A stretch of 64,000 nt of DNA from Gemmatimonadota bacterium (GCA_036679605.1 JAZDCZ010000419.1:202038-266037), one strand, 5' to 3'. Positions 28,030 through 38,196 are shown, counted from the first letter of the stretch. Notes: generated from the sequence alone by a model not told the origin. Numbers and translations are program-made.

Positions 28030-28209
28030 TGACGTCAATTTCATCGACCGGCTAGAATACGCATAAGTCCCCTGTCTTCAAGTCTTTAGCCGCATTGTAC
28101 CGGCGATCGGCGATCGACAGAACCAACGCCATTTCGTATGCGACTATCAGATTGGGACAGGTTGAGATTTCCGGCTCCCTCTGGCGAGAAAACCGCTGGC
28201 TACTCTAGT

Positions 28210-28294
28210 ACTAGACTACGAGATTAACCAACCGATCTTGCACGTAGATCGATTTTCTTACTTCCCGACCATCCAATGCCCGGAGCACCGCATC
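28210..28294 (-). repeat. leuS 3' end (att-like direct repeat, copy 2)
   Basis: Matches 18831-18915 with 12 substitutions and no indels. Confidence 0.95.
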
Positions 28295-30655
28295 ATCTTC
28301 CAAAGCGAACTCGAGCACCTGGTTCTCGGGTAGTCCACGTGTTACGTGAAGTCGAGACCTAACCTTACCGTTAACCTGAACCACCACCACCACATCCTCC
28401 GCATCGGCAAGCGCGGCGTCAGATACAGGCCATTTTGCGTCGAACACGCTGTCGTCATGCCCCAAGCGCTCCCAGGATTCCTCAGAGAAATGTGGAGCAA
28501 ACGGTGCCAACATCACGATCAGCGGTTCCACCATATCGCGATCTACAGAAGCATCGGAATTGTCTTTCGCACCGCTAACGTCACGCAGCAAATTCAGGTA
28601 TTCCATGAGGCCGGCGATCGCGGTGTTGTAGCGCAACTCCTCTGTTGCATCCGTCACCTTGCGGATCGTTTGATGCAATTTCTGTAGCGCTCGACCACTC
28701 TTCGCCTCGGGACGTGGCGAGGCCTGCGACACCAAGCCCCATACTTTGTCCAGAAAGCGACGCATTCCCGAAATTCCGTCGTCTCTGAAATCGCCGCCTT
28801 CCAAGTAGGGTCCGAGGAACATCAGGTACATCCGGAACGTGTCCGCTCCCCATTTCGACAGATAATCATCAGGGATGACGGTGTTGCCGCGGGATTTCGA
28901 CATCTTGGCCCCATCCTTAACGATGGTTCCGTGGGCCCGAAATTTAGGGAATGGTTCTTCGAACGTTATGTGTCCGAGATCGTGCAGCGCCATCGTTATG
29001 AATCGCGAGTACATGAGATGGAGCACCGCGTGTTCGTTACCACCTATATACGATTGTACGGGCAGCCATTTTTTCGTCAACTCCGTGTCGAATGGCCGAT
29101 CCCGAAATTCCGTCGACGGATACCGCAAGAAATACCAAGAGCTATCGAGAAACGTGTCCGAAACGTCGGTTTCGCGCGTGGCTTCTTCTCCACAACTAGG
29201 ACACGGTACCTTGTACCACTCTTCGTGCCGCGCAAGTGGTGATTCGCCCGTCTCGTCGGGTTTGAAATCTTCGATCAACGGTAGCAGCACTGGAAGTTCT
29301 GAGTCGGGAACCGGTACCGTACCACATTCCTTGCAATAGATTACCGGAATGGGCGGTCCCCAGTAACGCTGCCGTGAGATGCACCAGTCGTGTAGCCTAT
29401 ACTGAATCTTAGCCTTGCCAAGTTGCTTTTCCTCCAGCCACTCGCTGACTGATTTCACGGCCTCGCTACATGCCATTCCATCGAACCGTCCACTATTCAC
29501 GATCGTGCCGTCCCAGCCACTGAAGGGAAGGTCCGTGGGTTCCTTAGGCTCTACAACCTGCCTTATCTCCAGGCCAAAGCCCTTGGCAAATTCGTAGTCG
29601 CGTTCGTCATGTGCCGGCACTGCCATGATGGCGCCCGTTCCGTACTCCATTAGCACATAGTCCGCGATCCATATCGGAACGGATTCACCTGTCGCCGGAT
29701 TCCTGGCGTACGTGCCCGTAAAAACCCCGGTCTTGATCTTGTCCCCAACCCTTCGCGACACCAGGTCTTTCTGTATTGCGCTTCGGCGGTATTCGTTGAC
29801 TTCTCTCTGCTGCTCTGCCGCCGTCACCACGTCCACCATCGAATGCTCCGGTGCAAGAACTAGGTATGTAGCACCAAACACCGTATCCGGCCGAGTCGTA
29901 TAGACCCGGATCGGCGTTCCGGATGGAGTCTCGAACACAAGTTCAGCACCTTCGGAGCGTCCAATCCAGTTCTGTTGCATCCTCCGGGTCGACTCGGACC
30001 AATCGAGCCTGCTGAGACTGTCTAGCAGGCGCTGCGCGTACTTGGTAATGGTGAAGAACCATTGATCGAGCATGCGCTGATGTACACGCGTTTCCAAATG
30101 ACGCTCACAATATCCGTCAATCACCTGTTCGTTGGCCAGCACGGTTTTGCACTCCGGACACCAGTTGACCGGCGCTTTTTTCTTCACCGCCAAGCCGGCT
30201 TTGAAAAGCTGCAGAAAGATCCACTGTGTCCAGCAATAGTACTCGGGATCAGTGGTGGTCAGCTCATGGTCCCAGTCGAACATGAGACCCATTCGCTTCA
30301 ACTGCTGCCGGAACCGTGAGATGTTGTCCGGTATCAGTTTGTTGGGGTGAGTGTTCACCTTCAGGGCGAAATTCTCCGAGTGAATCCCGAAGGCATCGAA
30401 TCCTATCGGCTCGAACACATCCCACCCTTGAAGCCGCTTGAACCGGCCGTGGATGTCCACACCTACAAACGCAAAGACATTGCCAACGTGAAGTCCCTCC
30501 GCCGATGGGTAGGGAAACATCATGAGGTTGTAGTATGGCCGCTCGGCTTTACGTAGGTCTACCGAATGCGTGCGGTGCTCCTCCCACCGACCGCGCCATT
30601 TCTCCTCAACGGCCTGGGGGTCGTAGTCAGCTGTCAATTCTTCCCTATCGGACAT
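28211..30655 (-). CDS. leuS: Leucine--tRNA ligase
   Basis: MFPYPS.EGLHVGN (HIGH), TTRPDT and GTGAIMAVPAHD editing domain, DWCISRQRYWG, KMSKS. Confidence 0.98.
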   Translation of the reverse strand: MSDREELTADYDPQAVEEKWRGRWEEHRTHSVDLRKAERPYYNLMMFPYPSAEGLHVGNVFAFVGVDIHGRFKRLQGWDVFEPIGFDAFGIHSENFALKVNTHPNKLIPDNISRFRQQLKRMGLMFDWDHELTTTDPEYYCWTQWIFLQLFKAGLAVKKKAPVNWCPECKTVLANEQVIDGYCERHLETRVHQRMLDQWFFTITKYAQRLLDSLSRLDWSESTRRMQQNWIGRSEGAELVFETPSGTPIRVYTTRPDTVFGATYLVLAPEHSMVDVVTAAEQQREVNEYRRSAIQKDLVSRRVGDKIKTGVFTGTYARNPATGESVPIWIADYVLMEYGTGAIMAVPAHDERDYEFAKGFGLEIRQVVEPKEPTDLPFSGWDGTIVNSGRFDGMACSEAVKSVSEWLEEKQLGKAKIQYRLHDWCISRQRYWGPPIPVIYCKECGTVPVPDSELPVLLPLIEDFKPDETGESPLARHEEWYKVPCPSCGEEATRETDVSDTFLDSSWYFLRYPSTEFRDRPFDTELTKKWLPVQSYIGGNEHAVLHLMYSRFITMALHDLGHITFEEPFPKFRAHGTIVKDGAKMSKSRGNTVIPDDYLSKWGADTFRMYLMFLGPYLEGGDFRDDGISGMRRFLDKVWGLVSQASPRPEAKSGRALQKLHQTIRKVTDATEELRYNTAIAGLMEYLNLLRDVSGAKDNSDASVDRDMVEPLIVMLAPFAPHFSEESWERLGHDDSVFDAKWPVSDAALADAEDVVVVVQVNGKVRSRLHVTRGLPENQVLEFALEDDAVLRALDGREVRKSIYVQDRLVNLVV

Positions 30656-30715
30656 AGTGCGCGAAATCTAGCACGGCTTGCTCCTCCAGGAAGGCTCACC
30701 TACTTTGCCCTACGA

Positions 30716-32782
30716 ATGTCTGGCGGATCGATAGAACTCCGGAAGCGGGTCATTGTTGTTGGTGTCCCGATCGCCATCGTTGCAACCGTCCTCGGTGCAT
30801 ACATGACGAGCCGGGCTGTTGCGCGCGAGTTCGACAGGACTATTGAGACCAACTTGCTGGAGACCGCCGACCGGGCGGCGCGGACTGTAGAGGCATATAT
30901 GACCGAGCGGCTCTCTGACATGAGAGACCTCGCAACATTGCCTGCAGTTATCGCAGCCACAGGGACAGGCGGGGACATGGCGGAACGACTCAGACTCGAT
31001 CGGCTCACGACCACTGCGTTAGAAGAGCGTTTCGCAGAAACTTCGGGTCTTGTCCCCGACCCACGACTCCAGAGTTACTTCACACAGTTTGCCGATTCCG
31101 GTGATTTTTCTGAGATCACAGTGACGGAGAAACGTGGCTTCACCGTACTGCGTACGAATCCGGGCTCGCAGTTTGTGCGTTCAGGTGAGCAGTGGTGGGA
31201 ACGGCTCATCGAAGCCGGCGACTACCAGAGTCCACCAACGTACGACCAATCATCGGGGCGCGTTCAACTCATCCTTGCCCGAGCCATCGCGGACCCCCAG
31301 TCGGGAGATCTGGTCGGGACCGTACAGTCGATACTCGATCTATCAGGGCTCACCAGGCTGCTTGGGGCAGATAGCAAGACGGTCGGCTCCAGTGTTCAGG
31401 TTGTTGACTCGTCGGGCAAGGTTGTGATCTCCACCGATGCGGCGGTAGCCTTTGGCTCAGTCATTCAGTCAACGGCGATCGTGAGCGACCAAATTCAAGT
31501 GGCTCGCACCGCTTCGGTAACTGGAATCGTCGTTTCCGCGCCAGTCGGCACGAATCCGTGGTCAGTCGTGGTAGAGAGACGTCGAGAGGTAGCACTGGCA
31601 GCGGCCAGATCAGTCCGTGATGCCATCTACCTGACAGCGGGTGCGGGTCTCATCGTCGCGATAATATTGATCGCCTGGCTCACAGACTGGCTATCCCGTC
31701 GAGTGACCAGGCCAATTCGCCTGGCGGGCATCGTGGCCGGGCGCGTGGCTGACGGAGATCTCTCGATTTCTCCCCAAGCAAGTGGCGCCGGCTCCGAAGA
31801 GGTGAACAAGCTACTAGAGTCCATCCACGAAATGGTCGGCGCTCTCCAGCGCTTGGTGGGAGAAATACGTTCATCGTCTCACGAGTCAGCCGCTATGGCT
31901 CAGCAGATTTCCGCTAGCACCGAGGAAATGTCTGCTTCGACTCAGCAAATGGCGGACACCTGCCAGGATTTGTCTGAGCAGGCCACTGTACAGGCAGACC
32001 TTGCGCGGCGCTCCGCCGACGACGCCAACCGAATCTTGAGCATCTCGAGTACTCTAGCGGATGGATCGAACGTCGCCGCCGAGCGTAGTACCGCGATCAA
32101 TCGCACGGCTGATGAGCACCGAGAGCACCTCATCGAAGGAAGTGCAAAACTGGCTCAGTTGGCCAGTGACCTCGAGCGTGGTGCAGCCGATGCGGAGAAG
32201 CTTGCGGAGCTGTCGGAACACGTTCAACGGTTCGTGACTCAGGCCAAGGCAACGGCAGCTCAAACCAATATGTTGGCGTTGAATGCGGCCATCGAGGCTT
32301 CACGTGCATCGCACGGGGAGGAGCGGGGATTCGCGGTCGTGGCCGACGAGGTACGCAAGCTCGCCTCTCAGGCGGCACAAGCGGCGACTGACACATCCCA
32401 GATCGTTCACAAGGTACAAGGGACCGTTCAGGATATCCGCGAGCGACTGACGCGTCTCGCCGAGGCAAGCTCCGCTGTACGAGAAGTAGCCGAGGCTGCT
32501 GCTAGAGCCCTCGAGGAGGTGGCTGGAGCCACCGCGGAATCGAGTGCCTGGAGCGATGAGATCTCGCACGCGGCAGGCGACGTCAAGAAACTAGTGGAGG
32601 AGATTACTGGACGGCTCGAGTCGATCGCCTTGGGAACGGAATCCATCGTGGCGGCATCACAGCAAATCGCCGCATCGGCAGAAGAGCAAAGCGCATCCAC
32701 TGAGGAAATCGCCGGCTCTGCAGCACAACTCGCCAGTGTTTCCGATCACCTCACACTAACCGTGAACTCGTTTCGCCTGTAG
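30716..32782 (+). CDS. Methyl-accepting chemotaxis protein (Cache-like, HAMP, MCP signal)
   Basis: Two TM helices; QTNMLALNAAIEASRA..RGFAVVADEVRKLA; ATG 30716. Confidence 0.92.
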   Translation: MSGGSIELRKRVIVVGVPIAIVATVLGAYMTSRAVAREFDRTIETNLLETADRAARTVEAYMTERLSDMRDLATLPAVIAATGTGGDMAERLRLDRLTTTALEERFAETSGLVPDPRLQSYFTQFADSGDFSEITVTEKRGFTVLRTNPGSQFVRSGEQWWERLIEAGDYQSPPTYDQSSGRVQLILARAIADPQSGDLVGTVQSILDLSGLTRLLGADSKTVGSSVQVVDSSGKVVISTDAAVAFGSVIQSTAIVSDQIQVARTASVTGIVVSAPVGTNPWSVVVERRREVALAAARSVRDAIYLTAGAGLIVAIILIAWLTDWLSRRVTRPIRLAGIVAGRVADGDLSISPQASGAGSEEVNKLLESIHEMVGALQRLVGEIRSSSHESAAMAQQISASTEEMSASTQQMADTCQDLSEQATVQADLARRSADDANRILSISSTLADGSNVAAERSTAINRTADEHREHLIEGSAKLAQLASDLERGAADAEKLAELSEHVQRFVTQAKATAAQTNMLALNAAIEASRASHGEERGFAVVADEVRKLASQAAQAATDTSQIVHKVQGTVQDIRERLTRLAEASSAVREVAEAAARALEEVAGATAESSAWSDEISHAAGDVKKLVEEITGRLESIALGTESIVAASQQIAASAEEQSASTEEIAGSAAQLASVSDHLTLTVNSFRL

Positions 32783-32843
32783 GACCAACATGGGGATCCC
32801 TCCCGCAGGACCTTACTGACCTCACCCAGACTGGTTGGCCGAA

Positions 32844-34433
32844 CTAACTCAGATCCACCAGGCTCACGTCCAAGACATCGGCGTGCGCTTTCAGTTTCTC
32901 CATCACAGTTTGAGACGGTGCTCGATCTATCAAAATGGTCGCTAGCGCCTCGCCCTTCCCAACTTCGCTGCGCGACTTGTGATAGGTGGCAATATTGATC
33001 TTAGCTTCGCCCAACACTGTCCCTACACGCCCGATGACACCGGGAACGTCGCGATTCCACAACAATAAAATGAGTCCTTCCGGCACTATATCTACGGGGA
33101 ACACACCGATACGAGTGATTCGGCTAGTTTGCTCGGAGAGCTGGGCCCCCCTTACCGTAACCTGCCCGTCCGTGGTCCCGAGTTCTACCCCTACAGCGGC
33201 TAACAGTCCCGGTTCCGGTGCGAAAACCCGACGTGTCATCGAGATGTTGTTCTGCTCCGCCAGCACCGCTGCGTTCACGATACTGACCGGACCGATTCCC
33301 AGTGCAATGAGCACACCTTCCATCGCCGCCAGCATTACGGCCTTGGGCGCACCATCTTCTTCACCACCGTATTGCACCTCGACAGATCGTATCGAACCAG
33401 CCGAGATCGATGCGGCTAGCCGCCCAAGCGCGCGCGCAAGCTCTAGTGTGGGCCGGGATCGTGACAGTGTCTCGCTCGAGATGCCTGGGACGTTGACCGC
33501 ACCTCCGATCTCACCGGCTCGAAGCGCTTGGCGCACCGATTGGCAAATTTCTAGCGCCACTCGCTCTTGAGCCTCAGCCGTTGATGCGGCCAGATGGGGC
33601 GTAAGCAGCAGTTTGGACGACGACCGAAGGGGAGAATCCTCGGGTAGTGGCTCAGGATCGAAGACGTCGATCGCCGCGCCTGCCAGTTGATCCTTCTCCA
33701 ATGCTTCCAGTAGTGCGGTGCCGTCCACTAGCCCACCCCGTGCCGTATTGACTATGACGGCAGTGGGCTTCATGAGGGCCAGACGCTCGGCATTAATGAT
33801 GTGCCTGGTCTCGTCGGTCATTGGAAGATGGAGGGTCACTACGTCGGCCTCGCCCAGTGTCTCCTCCACCGAACCAGGCTCAATTTTGAGTTCGCGCATC
33901 AGTTCGTCCGATACGAACAGATCGTGTGCGATCACCTTCATCCCAAAGGCCTGCGCGATCTTCGCCACATGTTGGCCTATTCGCCCCATTCCGATGCACC
34001 CCAGCGTCTTGCCGCGAAGTTCGGTACCACCAAATCGCTTGCGCTCCCACTTCCCCTGCCACATGCTCTCAACCGCCCAGGGGATCCTCCGCAGCAATGC
34101 CAGCAACATGGCTATCGTATGCTCTGCCGCGCTTACCGTGTTCGCGCCCGGTGCATTTAGCACGGCTACTCCACGCCTGGTCGCCGCGGCGAGATCTATG
34201 TTATCGACACCAATGCCGGCACGCGCAATCACCATGAGAGCTGGGGCGGCTACCATCAGGTCCTCGGTTACCTGTGTATCCGATCTGACTATTAGTGCGT
34301 GGGCCCGCGTCATGGCATCCTTGAGTTGTTCGGGCCGCCCCACGGTCGAGATGACTTCGAATCCCGGCGTATCCCTCAGCAACTCCAGACCGCACTCGCT
34401 CAGTTTGTCTGCGACAACAACCACGCAACTCAT
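32844..34433 (-). CDS. serA: D-3-phosphoglycerate dehydrogenase
   Basis: RAGIGVDNID, GMGRIG, NTARG, TPHLAAST; C-terminal ACT domain NRDVPGVIG. Confidence 0.95.
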   Translation of the reverse strand: MSCVVVVADKLSECGLELLRDTPGFEVISTVGRPEQLKDAMTRAHALIVRSDTQVTEDLMVAAPALMVIARAGIGVDNIDLAAATRRGVAVLNAPGANTVSAAEHTIAMLLALLRRIPWAVESMWQGKWERKRFGGTELRGKTLGCIGMGRIGQHVAKIAQAFGMKVIAHDLFVSDELMRELKIEPGSVEETLGEADVVTLHLPMTDETRHIINAERLALMKPTAVIVNTARGGLVDGTALLEALEKDQLAGAAIDVFDPEPLPEDSPLRSSSKLLLTPHLAASTAEAQERVALEICQSVRQALRAGEIGGAVNVPGISSETLSRSRPTLELARALGRLAASISAGSIRSVEVQYGGEEDGAPKAVMLAAMEGVLIALGIGPVSIVNAAVLAEQNNISMTRRVFAPEPGLLAAVGVELGTTDGQVTVRGAQLSEQTSRITRIGVFPVDIVPEGLILLLWNRDVPGVIGRVGTVLGEAKINIATYHKSRSEVGKGEALATILIDRAPSQTVMEKLKAHADVLDVSLVDLS

Positions 34434-35521
34434 GCTGCCACCTGTTCAATGTTGCCCAGCAATTCGACCACGCTCTCCACCGAGTGATCTCCCATATGAC
34501 CGATGCGGATCGTCTGTTCCTTCAGTTCACCATAACCTGAGCCGACTACCCAACCCTTGCGCGCAAGCATTCTTGCCAAGTCGCGGCCGCTATGGCCTTC
34601 TGGGACGTTCAGGCACGATACCGTCCATGACCTTCTATCGACACGCGGCAGGTATGAGAACCCCAATTCCCCGCCCTGTCCGTCCACCCAGGTTTCTACC
34701 GCCCGGCGCATCGCGTCGTGGCGAGACCATCGTTCCTCCACACCGCCGGCGGCCTCGATGCGCTCCAGCTGTCGAGACAGGGCATAGAGAAGTGAGATAG
34801 CAGGGGTGTTCGTGGGTTGAAACTTCTCCGCTGCATCGGCATAGGCCACTAGGTCCAGATAAGCACCGCGGTCAGGCAGCGTTTTGGCCCGTTCGATCAT
34901 CTTTTCGGATGCGGCGGCTAACGCAAGTCCCGGCGGTAGTGCTAACGCTTTCTGTGCTCCAGTGAGGACAAAATCGAGGGACCATTGGTCCGTCTCGACT
35001 GGGGATCCCGCCATCGAAGTTACCGCGTCGACGAGGAACACGACGTCATCAAACCCGCGCATCACCTCCGCAAGTTCCTCGAGCGGCGCCAAGGCACCAG
35101 TTGAGGTCTCGGAATGCACCAGCGTTACCGCATCGACGTCTGAGCGCTCGACTGCATCTTCGAGCATATCCGCTTCGAACGTGCATCCAAGGGGGACGTT
35201 CAGCCTAACCACCTCCTTGCCCGTGGCGGCTACAATTCCAGCAAACCGCTCGCCGAATGCACCTCCTACCAAGCTGAGAGCCCGGTGCCGCACACCCGAT
35301 CGGACAGCCATTTCCATGAAACCAGTCGCCGCGCAGGTTCCAATCATGACAGGCCTCCGTGTGCGGAACAGCTTGCGGAGATGTGTGTCTGCTCGCTCCA
35401 ACAGATCGACCATCTCCAAGCCACGGTGGGGAATCATGGGTCGCACCATTGATTCCAGCACCTCCGGATGGACTTCCGTAGGCCCAGGAAGAAAAAAACG
35501 CCCAAATTGAGGCGTGCTCAA
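34430..35521 (-). CDS. Class V PLP aminotransferase (Ser-pyruvate/Ala-glyoxylate type; may act as SerC)
   Basis: PGPT, VHSETSTG, DAVTS, GAQKALALPPG, RIGHMG; coupled to serA. Confidence 0.9.
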   Translation of the reverse strand: MSTPQFGRFFLPGPTEVHPEVLESMVRPMIPHRGLEMVDLLERADTHLRKLFRTRRPVMIGTCAATGFMEMAVRSGVRHRALSLVGGAFGERFAGIVAATGKEVVRLNVPLGCTFEADMLEDAVERSDVDAVTLVHSETSTGALAPLEELAEVMRGFDDVVFLVDAVTSMAGSPVETDQWSLDFVLTGAQKALALPPGLALAAASEKMIERAKTLPDRGAYLDLVAYADAAEKFQPTNTPAISLLYALSRQLERIEAAGGVEERWSRHDAMRRAVETWVDGQGGELGFSYLPRVDRRSWTVSCLNVPEGHSGRDLARMLARKGWVVGSGYGELKEQTIRIGHMGDHSVESVVELLGNIEQVAA

Positions 35522-36183
35522 CTCACAGCAACTTTCTCTCTCGGTTCACCATTCATTTTGAGAGCGTCATCCGTTGTGATCACCTCTACTCCCAGCTTCA
35601 TCCATTTGTCTAGCAGAGAGGCTGCCTTCTCCGCAACGATCGGCTTCGTGGCATCTCTGACCAGGTAAATCTGAGTTTCAGGATATCTGGTGAGCAGTCC
35701 TTCAATTACATACCTATTGCACACATCGAGCGCAACTCCGTAGACAACCACTGCCTCGGGGGCCAGCTCGTCCAACACATGATCGACGTTGGCGTTGCTG
35801 AACACATCCACAGAGTGCTTGTGGAAAACAATGTCTCCCTTGTGCGCCCGGATCGTCTCTCGTAGCGATACCGCGTCCAAAGGTTCTGGTTCGATGAGGA
35901 GAGATCCTGCGAGTTCTGTCTCGGGAATCTTTCTCTGGCCCGATGTACCGCGCATGCAGTGGGGCGGAAACGTCTCGCAGAAATCGGGCTCGGCTGATAT
36001 CTCCGGATGCTGGGACAAGTGGTCGTCCGCACTCGCAATGATCCTTATGTCCCTAGCACGGGCGTGCTGGGTCAAGCGCGACAGATTCGGAATCAACTCC
36101 TGCGCTCCGGGGACATAGAGTTTGCCCTCGGCATGCATGAAGTCGACCTGCGTGTCCACATCCCAGAAAATCAAGCGAGCCAT
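35518..36183 (-). CDS. pncA: Nicotinamidase / isochorismatase family cysteine hydrolase
   Basis: DVDTQVDFM..GKLYVPGA, FPPHC, GVALDVC; next to a nicotinate phosphoribosyltransferase. Confidence 0.85.
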   Translation of the reverse strand: MARLIFWDVDTQVDFMHAEGKLYVPGAQELIPNLSRLTQHARARDIRIIASADDHLSQHPEISAEPDFCETFPPHCMRGTSGQRKIPETELAGSLLIEPEPLDAVSLRETIRAHKGDIVFHKHSVDVFSNANVDHVLDELAPEAVVVYGVALDVCNRYVIEGLLTRYPETQIYLVRDATKPIVAEKAASLLDKWMKLGVEVITTDDALKMNGEPREKVAVS

Positions 36184-37247
36184 CAGTCCACGGACTCGAG
36201 TCTCTGATTGTCGGCGTATTGACGACCCACCTTCGCGCAGGGTTTCCCATCCACCATCACCACATCAGCCGTAAAGTCGAATTCCCCTCTGCCTCGAAAC
36301 AGAGATGATCCAACGCCATAGGTATCTACGGGCACAGCTGCTTCCTCGAAGGTACGAATCTTCTCGACCGAGAATCCACCCGACACGATGATCTTAACTT
36401 GGCCAAACCCTTCTCTGTCGAGCGCATTGCGCACGTTCCAAACTAACTGGGGATTGACGCCGGTCGGATTGAAATTTCCCATGTCTGCGACTACTGACGA
36501 ATCAACTACGGTGCTTGCTGTATCGAGGCGTACACCGTACAGTTTTGGCCCGAGTGCCTTCGCTATAGCCAAAGAAGTGCCAACAGAGTCGTTTTCGAAA
36601 TCAACCAGGCACACCAGTCTCACGTGATCCGGCATGTGTTCGGCGAACCTCACAGACGCCAGCACACTGTCACCGCCATAAGCGGCAATGAGCCCGTGCG
36701 GAACCGTACCGACGCCCTCGCTGCCCCACCATGACGCCTGCGCATCGGTGGAAACACCGATGGCGCCCGCTATGTGCGCAGCGTAGCCGTCTCCCGTCTG
36801 AACCAACCAGTGATCATGCCGGGCCGGAAAAAACATGACGTCTTTCGGCCGCGCTGCGTCCACCACCCGGCGCGTGTTCGTGCCAACCCGAGTGCGGCGG
36901 GCGAGCACGCCGAGAAAGAGGGTCTCTAGGTGAGCAAAGACGTCGTACGGACCTTCGATCGTCATCACTGTCTCGTACGGTTCGATGTGTTCTCCGTCGT
37001 ACAGGGCCCTGACTTCGAGATCGTCCCACTCGACCGAACAGAGCCTGAGTATTGCCACTGCCTCGTCGATCCCGCCCAGATAGGCGTCCGATCGCCCAAA
37101 GACCTGCATCAAGACGTGGGGGTGGTGATCGTCCGAGATCAGCACCTCTCTCGCGCGCACGAAGTATTTGTCGCTATAGTAACCTGATCGCATGCGATCG
37201 ACGGGTAGATTGAAGATCGATGGGTCGAGCCGCTCTCTTCGCGGCAT
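36183..37247 (-). CDS. pncB: Nicotinate phosphoribosyltransferase (QAPRTase-like short type)
   Basis: SDKYF, GTVPHGL, GVRLDT, KIIVSGG, YGVGS, AKVGR; ATG 37247. Confidence 0.75.
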   Translation of the reverse strand: MPRRERLDPSIFNLPVDRMRSGYYSDKYFVRAREVLISDDHHPHVLMQVFGRSDAYLGGIDEAVAILRLCSVEWDDLEVRALYDGEHIEPYETVMTIEGPYDVFAHLETLFLGVLARRTRVGTNTRRVVDAARPKDVMFFPARHDHWLVQTGDGYAAHIAGAIGVSTDAQASWWGSEGVGTVPHGLIAAYGGDSVLASVRFAEHMPDHVRLVCLVDFENDSVGTSLAIAKALGPKLYGVRLDTASTVVDSSVVADMGNFNPTGVNPQLVWNVRNALDREGFGQVKIIVSGGFSVEKIRTFEEAAVPVDTYGVGSSLFRGRGEFDFTADVVMVDGKPCAKVGRQYADNQRLESVD

Positions 37248-37248
37248 C

Positions 37249-37965
37249 TTAGTTGACCTCTTTACGGATTCTGTACCGTAAAGCACGCCGACTGAGCCAC
37301 CGGACTCCCATCGCATCGTATAGGCCCACAAACAACCGATCCCACATGCCGTATTTGGTCTTGCCGCTTATGCGCGGGCGATGCACGACAGGCACTTCCA
37401 ACACGCGGCCGCCCTGCAACCTGATCAGCGTAGGATAAAAGCGATGCATTCCGTTGAACCGGGGAATGGTTTTGAGGATGTCTCTCCGCATGGCCTTGAG
37501 CGAGCATCCCGTGTCTCGCACATTGTCGCGCGTAAGCCAGTTCCGGACCGAGTTGGCCACAGCACTCTGGACTCTCTTCCATCTCGAATCCGTGCGGCGG
37601 CTCCTAAACCCGACGACTGCTGCTAAGTTGGGATCTCGCCGTAACATGTCCACCATGCCCGGAATGTCGCAAGGGCTATTTTGACCGTCGGCATCCATCG
37701 TGACCATCAAGTCGCCGCTAGCCATCTGGAATCCCGCCGCGAAGGCCGCACTCTGGCCGGCATGGGTTTCCAGCGTTACGATGCGGAGAAAACAATATTG
37801 GGTTTCGAGCCGCTTCAACTCCTGGAGAGAGCCATCAGTTGACCCATCGTCCACTGCAACGACCTCATACTCACCGGGCTCCATCACCCCACTTAGCTCG
37901 CTCAAGAGGGGTGCTAGGCTATCCCTTTCGTTGAAGACCGGCAGTACTACAGAGACCATTGGCAT
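37249..37965 (-). CDS. GT2 glycosyltransferase (polyprenol-phosphate sugar transferase-like)
   Basis: VVLPVFNE, VDDGSTD, MDADGQN, DTGCSLK, HRF. Confidence 0.9.
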   Translation of the reverse strand: MPMVSVVLPVFNERDSLAPLLSELSGVMEPGEYEVVAVDDGSTDGSLQELKRLETQYCFLRIVTLETHAGQSAAFAAGFQMASGDLMVTMDADGQNSPCDIPGMVDMLRRDPNLAAVVGFRSRRTDSRWKRVQSAVANSVRNWLTRDNVRDTGCSLKAMRRDILKTIPRFNGMHRFYPTLIRLQGGRVLEVPVVHRPRISGKTKYGMWDRLFVGLYDAMGVRWLSRRALRYRIRKEVN

Positions 37966-38196
37966 GCGTCCCGGGTATCTGACGCGGGAACGTACGTAGT
38001 CCTCGTGGACGAATCAAGTTGACATTCGTGGGCATATTCTGGTTAATTCGCCGTGCTTTGCAGTTTGCTGACTATCTCGAGGAGGCGCTACAGTGACCGA
38101 TTTCCTCTCGCGCGGCGAAATCGTGGAGTCGGCTTTTGGCTTCCATGTTAATGCCGGAGCTAGTTTGGGTTCGATAATCATACGGCAATCGGATGA

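Larger units (their letters stand above)
18916..28209. mobile_element. Genomic island inserted at the leuS 3' end (no integrase visible)
   Basis: Bounded by the two leuS 3'-end copies; accessory gene content; GC-richer left half. Confidence 0.8.

Noticed and set aside
30566..30715. N-terminal extension of the MCP ORF
   Set aside because: Overlaps leuS on the opposite strand; ATG 30716 gives a normal short cytoplasmic N-terminus
33718..34800. 360-aa plus-strand ORF (also 47870-48580, 19108-19812, 20020-20649, 57625-58341)
   Set aside because: Antisense shadows of well-supported genes in GC-rich DNA, with no motifs
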